The position numbers were made by a program, and so were the translations under genes. The notes under the pieces were generated by a model. That model worked only from the letters and a program-made list of their open reading frames with translations. It did not search any database and was not told where the DNA came from. Below, one piece after another: positions 57,073 to 62,144 of a DNA stretch of 62,144 nucleotides (within the stretch, counting starts at the first letter, position 1; the number at the start of each line of letters is the position of its first letter). This DNA is from an uncultured Pirellulaceae bacterium (GTDB lineage: Bacteria > Planctomycetota > Planctomycetia > Pirellulales > Pirellulaceae). Where the stretch lies: NCBI GenBank assembly GCA_964635375.1, contig CAZWOU010000012.1, forward strand, positions 1 to 62,144, in the 5' to 3' direction.

Positions 57073-58416
57073 ATGTTTCTTTCCCCAGGGCGCGTTAGCC
57101 TACTGGTAATGCTCGGCTTGTTTGCAGTCAGTCTTTCCGGTTGTGGCCCCGACGCCTCCGTCGGCGCGATCAGCCCGACCGCCGAAACCACATCGCCCAC
57201 GACCCAGATCGAGGCGGACTCGCACGCCGTTTCAAAGCAGCTGACAAGCGAGCAACCGGTCGGGCCCGCGCCTGACGAGCCCGCGCCTGACGAACCGAAA
57301 GGCGACAAACCAGCGGCTCCGGCTCCGAGCGAGCGGCGGTTGGCCGAACCCGCGCCCGCGAATAGTTGGCCCTTGTTTCGAGGGAACGCCCAGTCGACCG
57401 GCGTCTCCGCGGCGACGCTCCCCGACAAGCTCGAGTTGCTATGGAAGTACGAAGGCGCGGGCGAAGCAGGTTATGAGGCGACGGCCGCGATCGTCGATGG
57501 GGTGGTCTTCATCCCAGATCTCTACGGGACGGTGCACGCGTTGAACCTGAGCGACGGCGAGCCGCTGTGGAAGTTTTCCGCAGGCGAGTTCAGCGGCTTC
57601 GTGGGCTCGCCGGCTGTGGCGAACGGGCAGGTGTTTGTGGGCGATGTTGACGGCATCGTCCATTGCCTGAATGCGAAGACGGGTGAGAAGATTTGGGATT
57701 TCACTACCGACGGCGAGATCGGTGCGGGCCCGAATCTCTATCAGGACAGCATTCTCATCGGCTCTCAAGACGCCACCCTGTACCGTCTCCATCGAGATAC
57801 GGGCAAACTCGTTTGGAAGTTTGCGATCGATGACCAGATCCGCTGTACGCCGACGATTGTGGAGAACCGTGCGTTTGTCGGCGGGTGTGATGGACAATTG
57901 CATGTGATCGACTTGGACAAGGGCGAGGAAGTTGCGGCGATCGAGCTGGAATCGCAAACCGGCGTTACCCCGGCGGTGGAAGGGGACTACGCCTACTTGG
58001 GCACCTACGCCGGAGTGTTTCTGGCGGTTCACTGGCGAGACGCGAAGGTTGCCTGGCGGCGCGAGGATGACGCGAGTAGCGAACAGATCCAGAGTTCGCC
58101 GGCGATCCGAGCAGGCATGGTGCTTTATGGCGGTCCGGACAAGAGGCTTCACGCGCTCAACGTCGAAAACGGCGACGAGATTTGGTCGTTCGCCACCAAG
58201 GGCCCCATCTATGGATCGCCAGTCATCGTCGGCAACCACGTCTACATCGGCTCGGCGGACGGGCGCCTTTACCGCATCGACTTGAAGACCGGCAAATCCG
58301 ATTGGCAGCGGCAAATGGCTGGCAAGCTGAAAGTATCATCGCCGGCCGTCGCGGACGGAAGGCTCGTAATCGCAACGGATCACGGAGTGGTCTATTGTTT
58401 GGGTGCGAAGAAATGA
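57073..58416 (+). CDS. PQQ-like beta-propeller repeat lipoprotein (BamB-like fold)
   Basis: A GAGGAGGA lies 6 nt upstream of the ATG. The lipobox is FAVSLSGCGPD. Blades repeat in the pattern ...DG.V....DG.LHAL....G...W. Confidence 0.85.
   Translation: MFLSPGRVSLLVMLGLFAVSLSGCGPDASVGAISPTAETTSPTTQIEADSHAVSKQLTSEQPVGPAPDEPAPDEPKGDKPAAPAPSERRLAEPAPANSWPLFRGNAQSTGVSAATLPDKLELLWKYEGAGEAGYEATAAIVDGVVFIPDLYGTVHALNLSDGEPLWKFSAGEFSGFVGSPAVANGQVFVGDVDGIVHCLNAKTGEKIWDFTTDGEIGAGPNLYQDSILIGSQDATLYRLHRDTGKLVWKFAIDDQIRCTPTIVENRAFVGGCDGQLHVIDLDKGEEVAAIELESQTGVTPAVEGDYAYLGTYAGVFLAVHWRDAKVAWRREDDASSEQIQSSPAIRAGMVLYGGPDKRLHALNVENGDEIWSFATKGPIYGSPVIVGNHVYIGSADGRLYRIDLKTGKSDWQRQMAGKLKVSSPAVADGRLVIATDHGVVYCLGAKK
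57266..57295 (+). repeat. 15-bp tandem duplication (CCGCGCCTGACGAGC / CCGCGCCTGACGAAC), encoding APDEP x2
   Basis: Read directly from the sequence, in the linker of the beta-propeller lipoprotein. Confidence 0.9.
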
Positions 58417-58547
58417 ACCAGCGCCGAGCGAGCCATGACGTCTGAATCGAGAACCGAGTGCAGCGGCGACTTCGTGGCCGACGAGTTGGCGGCCCATGTT
58501 GGGCTTGCCGTACTGTTTGAGGCGAAACGGCGGGGAGTTGTTCGTAC

Positions 58548-59006
58548 ATGAGCGACGATCGAGTGTTCATGATGGGCGAATTCGAGGCGGTTTTCCCGGC
58601 GGATCGGCATTACGCAAAGAACCACATGTGGGCTCAGCCAGCCGAAGACCCTAACTGCTGGCGATTTGGCTTCTCTGCCTACGCGGTGCGATTGCTTCAA
58701 GACGTCTACTTCCTGGATTGGGACCACGAGGCGCCCGCGTCGGTGCAGCAGGGCCAGCAAATCGGCTCGATTGAGAGCAAGAAAGCGGAAAGCGAGCTAT
58801 ACGCTCCGATCGAGGGAGACCTGATGAAATTCAATCAACAGTTGATGGAGGATCCGTCGGCAATCAATGTGGACAAGTATGGCGGCGGATGGCTGTTCGA
58901 GATTCTCGGCCCCGGCGACCCACTCCTGTCGGCGGATCAGTATTTGAAGCACCTGGAATCCGTTTGGGAGATCACTCAACGGACGATCAAGGGCCAACTC
59001 TCATAA
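58548..59006 (+). CDS. Glycine-cleavage H-protein-like lipoyl-carrier domain protein (stand-alone)
   Basis: A GGGGAG Shine-Dalgarno is present. HYAKNHMWA and GSIESKKAESELYAPIEG align with the GcvH lipoyl-lysine motif ESVKAASDxYAP. GGGWLFEI is also present. Confidence 0.85.
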   Translation: MSDDRVFMMGEFEAVFPADRHYAKNHMWAQPAEDPNCWRFGFSAYAVRLLQDVYFLDWDHEAPASVQQGQQIGSIESKKAESELYAPIEGDLMKFNQQLMEDPSAINVDKYGGGWLFEILGPGDPLLSADQYLKHLESVWEITQRTIKGQLS

Positions 59007-59036
59007 TTAAGACCTCATAACCCTACGGCTGAATTC

Positions 59037-60101
59037 ATGGCAAATCGCATTGCCGTCGTGATATCACAAGGCCAGAGCCGCAACCCGGCAAAACGCCAAC
59101 TTGAAGATGACCTCGTCACCGCCTTGATCTTCGAGGCGGGGCTCGACGTGACCGTGATTCCCAACTTGTACGACCTGGCGAAAGACGGGACCGGCATGTT
59201 GGCGATGCAGGGCGTCAAAGGCCCGATGGTCGTCGTTTCCTGGCTCTATTCGAGAGCCGCCCACTGGGTGCTCGACCGCAACAACATTCACGGAGACGTG
59301 GGTCCGATTCTCTTGACCAGCGGCGAGGAAGATGAGACGGATCAACAGCGGGACGTGAAAGACGACAAGGATCGCGTCATCCGCCAGCGGGGGACTCCGG
59401 ATCGCAAGATCTATTGCCTCGATTTTCGCGCCAGCGAGTCCGTCGATGATTTTGTTGTGGAGATCAAACGCATTGCTGCCGAGGCATCGACCAAGATTGT
59501 CTCCATCGGCGAACTGGGCGTCTATCCCAAGGTCGATCAGCAGTCGGAGACCGAATTTCCAACAACCGACAGCTCGCTGAACCAAGCTGTCGATGATGCT
59601 GCGAAACCCGCGAACGGCGATACGTCGGGAAACGCGGCCGTCCGTGTCGAGGAACAAGCGGGCCGGCGGTGGTACCCCGTGATCGACTACTCGCTGTGCA
59701 CGAACTGCATGGAGTGTATCGATTTTTGCCTGTTCGGCGTTTACGGAGTCGACGAGGCCGAGAACATTCTGGTAGAGCTGCCTGACAATTGCCGCAAAGG
59801 GTGCCCAGCGTGCAGCCGAGTCTGTCCGGAAAATGCGATCATCTTCCCCCAGCACAAGACGCCCGCGATTGCCGGCGCGCCAGCGGGCGAAGGCGCCCTG
59901 AAGATCGACCTCTCCATGCTGTTCGGCAAGCCAGACTCGCTCGTGGCCGCAGCGAACGAACGGGATGAACAGCTAGAACTTTCCGGACGAGACGCCGTGG
60001 GCATGACTGTGGGAATGCCAAAGCGCCAAGCCGACACATCTCGCCAGGACAAGGACGAACTGGACGACCTTATCGACGAACTCGACGAAGCCGACCTGTG
60101 A
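59037..60101 (+). CDS. 4Fe-4S dicluster (ferredoxin-type) domain protein with an unknown N-terminal domain and an acidic tail
   Basis: The cluster motifs are CTNCMECIDFC (CX2CX2CX3C) and CRKGCPACSRVCP (CX3CX2CX3CP). The N-terminal ~200 aa has no motif I recognise. The C-terminus is DELDDLIDELDEADL. Confidence 0.8.
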   Translation: MANRIAVVISQGQSRNPAKRQLEDDLVTALIFEAGLDVTVIPNLYDLAKDGTGMLAMQGVKGPMVVVSWLYSRAAHWVLDRNNIHGDVGPILLTSGEEDETDQQRDVKDDKDRVIRQRGTPDRKIYCLDFRASESVDDFVVEIKRIAAEASTKIVSIGELGVYPKVDQQSETEFPTTDSSLNQAVDDAAKPANGDTSGNAAVRVEEQAGRRWYPVIDYSLCTNCMECIDFCLFGVYGVDEAENILVELPDNCRKGCPACSRVCPENAIIFPQHKTPAIAGAPAGEGALKIDLSMLFGKPDSLVAAANERDEQLELSGRDAVGMTVGMPKRQADTSRQDKDELDDLIDELDEADL

Positions 60102-60173
60102 TCAGGCGACAACACCGAACGCAGCTCAGCGCCACGTTTTTAATCTGCTCCCGCTTAGCTCAGGACAGCTCCC

Positions 60174-61439
60174 ATGTATTTCCGAATGGCGAAACGACTT
60201 CTGTTGGAGACCGACAAACGGTTGGTGTGGAAGCTGTTCTGGAACGCGGGCATGAAGGGATATCGCTCGATCCGCAAGCACAAGCAGCGGCTTAAGAAAG
60301 GCGAGTTTTTTCCTCCCTTTCTTTACATCTCGATCATCAACAGCTGCAATCTTCGCTGTCAAGGATGTTGGGTTGACGTCGCGGCCAAGCAGTCGAAGAT
60401 CGAATTGGAGGCGATGAATCGACTGATCGACGAAGCCAAGGAAATGGGCAATTCGTTCTTTGGCATACTCGGCGGCGAGCCGTTCATGCACGCCGAGATG
60501 CTAGACATCATCGAGCAGCATCCGGACGCCTATTTTCAAGTCTTCACGAATGGGCACTTCATCACTGAGGCAGTCGCAAAGAGGATGCGGCGATTGGGAA
60601 ATGTAACTCCCTTGATCAGCGTCGAGGGCGACGAGATTATCAGTGACGAGCGGCGGGGCAAGGGCGACGTTTTTGGCGACACGATGAAAGGCCTGCAGAA
60701 CTGCCTGGACAACAAGGTCATGACCGGCGTTTGCACCAGCTTGTGCCAATCTAATTTCGACGACTTGCTCAATGACGCCTGGATCGACCGTCTCATCGAA
60801 ATGGGCGTGCTCTACACTTGGTTTCACATTTACCGCGTGGCCGGCCCCGATCCGGCTCCGCAACTGGCGCTAACGCCTCAGCAGCAACGACAAGCAAGAC
60901 AGTTTGTCGTCGATACGCGAGCGACCAAGCCGATCGTGGTAGTCGACGCCTACTATGATGCGGACGGCAATGCACTCTGCCCGGCCGCGACCGGCTTTAC
61001 CCACCACATCAGCCCTTGGGGCGACATTGAGCCCTGCCCGGTGATTCAATTCGCCAACGATTCGATCTACGACGACCGCCCGCTCAAGGATACGTTCAAC
61101 GATTCAGCCTTTCTCCGCGACTTCCGCGAGTCGGTCGCCAAAGCGACGCGAGGCTGCGTGATCCTGGAACGGCCGGACCTGCTCAAGGAAATTGTGGAAC
61201 GCCACGGAGCGAGGGACTCCACGGCCAGGGGAGAGGCCATGGAGGAATTGGAGGCCTTGACCTGCCGGTCCTCTCAGTTTAGCCCGGGCGACGAAATCCC
61301 GGAACGAAGTTGGGCTTACCGCTTCGCCAAGAGGTTGTGTTTCAACGACTTTGGGGCCTACTCGAAACACTTCCGAATGGAGAACTGGCGCGAGACGCGA
61401 GGCGAATCGCAAGAACCCGATCCGGTTCAGATCAAGTAG
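60174..61439 (+). CDS. Radical SAM enzyme of unknown specificity, with additional C-terminal Cys residues
   Basis: The CX3CX2C motif is CNLRCQGC (nt 60345-60368). GGEPFMH and FTNG core motifs are present. C-terminal Cys residues occur in ALCPAATGF...IEPCPVIQF...RGCVILE. Confidence 0.85.
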   Translation: MYFRMAKRLLLETDKRLVWKLFWNAGMKGYRSIRKHKQRLKKGEFFPPFLYISIINSCNLRCQGCWVDVAAKQSKIELEAMNRLIDEAKEMGNSFFGILGGEPFMHAEMLDIIEQHPDAYFQVFTNGHFITEAVAKRMRRLGNVTPLISVEGDEIISDERRGKGDVFGDTMKGLQNCLDNKVMTGVCTSLCQSNFDDLLNDAWIDRLIEMGVLYTWFHIYRVAGPDPAPQLALTPQQQRQARQFVVDTRATKPIVVVDAYYDADGNALCPAATGFTHHISPWGDIEPCPVIQFANDSIYDDRPLKDTFNDSAFLRDFRESVAKATRGCVILERPDLLKEIVERHGARDSTARGEAMEELEALTCRSSQFSPGDEIPERSWAYRFAKRLCFNDFGAYSKHFRMENWRETRGESQEPDPVQIK

Positions 61440-61490
61440 TTGACGCTCGGCCTGGCCAACCAGGTAATTCCCCTTCTCACGACGACGATG

Positions 61491-61538
61491 TCTCTAATAC
61501 GCTGTATCTCTTATACGCTGTGTCTCTAATACGTCGTT
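61491..61538 (+). promoter_or_regulatory. Three tandem 16-bp boxes (TCTCTAATACGCTGTA / TCTCTTATACGCTGTG / TCTCTAATACGTCGTT)
   Basis: Read directly from the sequence. The boxes end 25 nt before the DAHP synthase ATG at 61564. Confidence 0.5.
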
Positions 61539-61563
61539 TAACTCCGCCTGGAAAAATTCTGGC

Positions 61564-62144
61564 ATGGACACCAACTGGACTCCTACTTCCTGGCAATCGA
61601 AGCCGATCACCCAGCAGCCAAATTACGGCGATGCGGACGAACTGAACCGGGCCCTGACGAAGCTCTCTCGCCTGCCGCCCATCGTGACCAGCTGGGAAAT
61701 CGAAAAACTCAAGGGCAAGTTGGCCAAGGCCGGACGCGGTGAGGCATTCCTGCTTCAGGGCGGGGATTGCGCGGAGCGATTCGACGATTGCGACTCGGCG
61801 ACAATCGTGGGCAAGTTGAAAGTTCTCATGCAAATGAGTCTTGTGCTTGTCTACGGATCCAAACGACAAGTGATTCGAGTGGGTCGCATCGGGGGACAAT
61901 ATGCGAAACCGCGGTCAGCTGACCTAGAGACCAAGGATGGGCTGACGCTGCCGAGTTATCGCGGCGACTTGATCAACCGAAGCCCGTTTACCGAACAAGA
62001 TCGCCGCCCCGACCCCGAACGGTTGCTTCGCGCGTACGAACGCGCAGCGCTCACTGTGAATTTCATTCGAGCGCTCAGCCAGGGCGGCTTCGCGGACCTG
62101 CACCATCCCGAGAATTGGGACCTTGAATTCGTGCGTCGGATGGC
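61564..62144 (+). CDS. Class II 3-deoxy-7-phosphoheptulonate (DAHP) synthase, N-terminal part; the 3' end lies outside the window
   Basis: This ORF is not in the track because the frame runs open to the window end. My manual translation gives MDTNWTPTSWQSKPITQQPNY...AFLLQGGDCAERF...RIGGQYAKPRSA...YRGDLIN, which are class II DAHPS signatures. Confidence 0.9.
   Translation, partial: MDTNWTPTSWQSKPITQQPNYGDADELNRALTKLSRLPPIVTSWEIEKLKGKLAKAGRGEAFLLQGGDCAERFDDCDSATIVGKLKVLMQMSLVLVYGSKRQVIRVGRIGGQYAKPRSADLETKDGLTLPSYRGDLINRSPFTEQDRRPDPERLLRAYERAALTVNFIRALSQGGFADLHHPENWDLEFVRRM

Noticed and set aside
57439-58314. 291-aa minus-strand ORF opposite the beta-propeller lipoprotein gene. The ORF at 59064-59855 opposite the ferredoxin-domain gene is the same kind of case.
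   Set aside because: Both are antisense to genes with strong motif and Shine-Dalgarno support, and neither shows domain signatures.
58417-58547. Possible glycine riboswitch upstream of the GcvH-like gene
   Set aside because: The 131-nt leader lacks the conserved glycine-aptamer core sequences, and there is no tandem aptamer architecture.

Overview
This 62.1-kb window is chromosomal and reads like a Planctomycetota genome of the Pirellulales type. The evidence for that is DUF1559 (H-X9-DG) and prepilin-type genes, a tandem DUF1080 protein, giant low-complexity envelope proteins and many lipobox or signal-peptide N-termini. I call 48 protein-coding genes, two of them cut by the window edges. 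I found no rRNA, tRNA, CRISPR array, transposase or integrase. All similarity statements come from motif reading by eye; no database search was possible. The ORF track labels TTG and GTG starts as M, so several 5' ends are uncertain.

Recognisable blocks, in order:
- A pair of translationally coupled GTPases with DUF697-like tails (1559-4497).
- An ECF sigma / anti-sigma / periplasmic-protein envelope module (4825-7310).
- A fused ABC-2-type permease and a CNNM/DUF21 pair.
- A four-gene minus-strand operon of TPR protein, ExbB-like, ExbD-like and a 1637-aa protein (14476-24224). The 1637-aa protein has TM helices, about 1170 disordered residues and a C-terminal domain with squalene-cyclase-like repeats.
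- A pseudopilin / glycan-binding cluster (25656-30762).
- A hopanoid supercluster: ispH, hpnC, hpnD, hpnE, hpnG, hpnH and shc, plus two unexpected inserted genes (30814-43121).
- A response regulator, histidine kinase and NhaC operon.
- mnmG, a class II c-type cytochrome, and an SNF2 ATPase with an unknown partner gene.
- A GcvH-like / 4Fe-4S / radical-SAM trio (58548-61439).
- The start of a class II DAHP synthase.

The most interesting candidates are the Ton/Tol-like module with a non-canonical giant TonB surrogate, the GcvH-ferredoxin-radical SAM trio, the SNF2 gene with its partner, and a recurring pattern of young 12-16-bp head-to-tail duplications in both coding and control regions.
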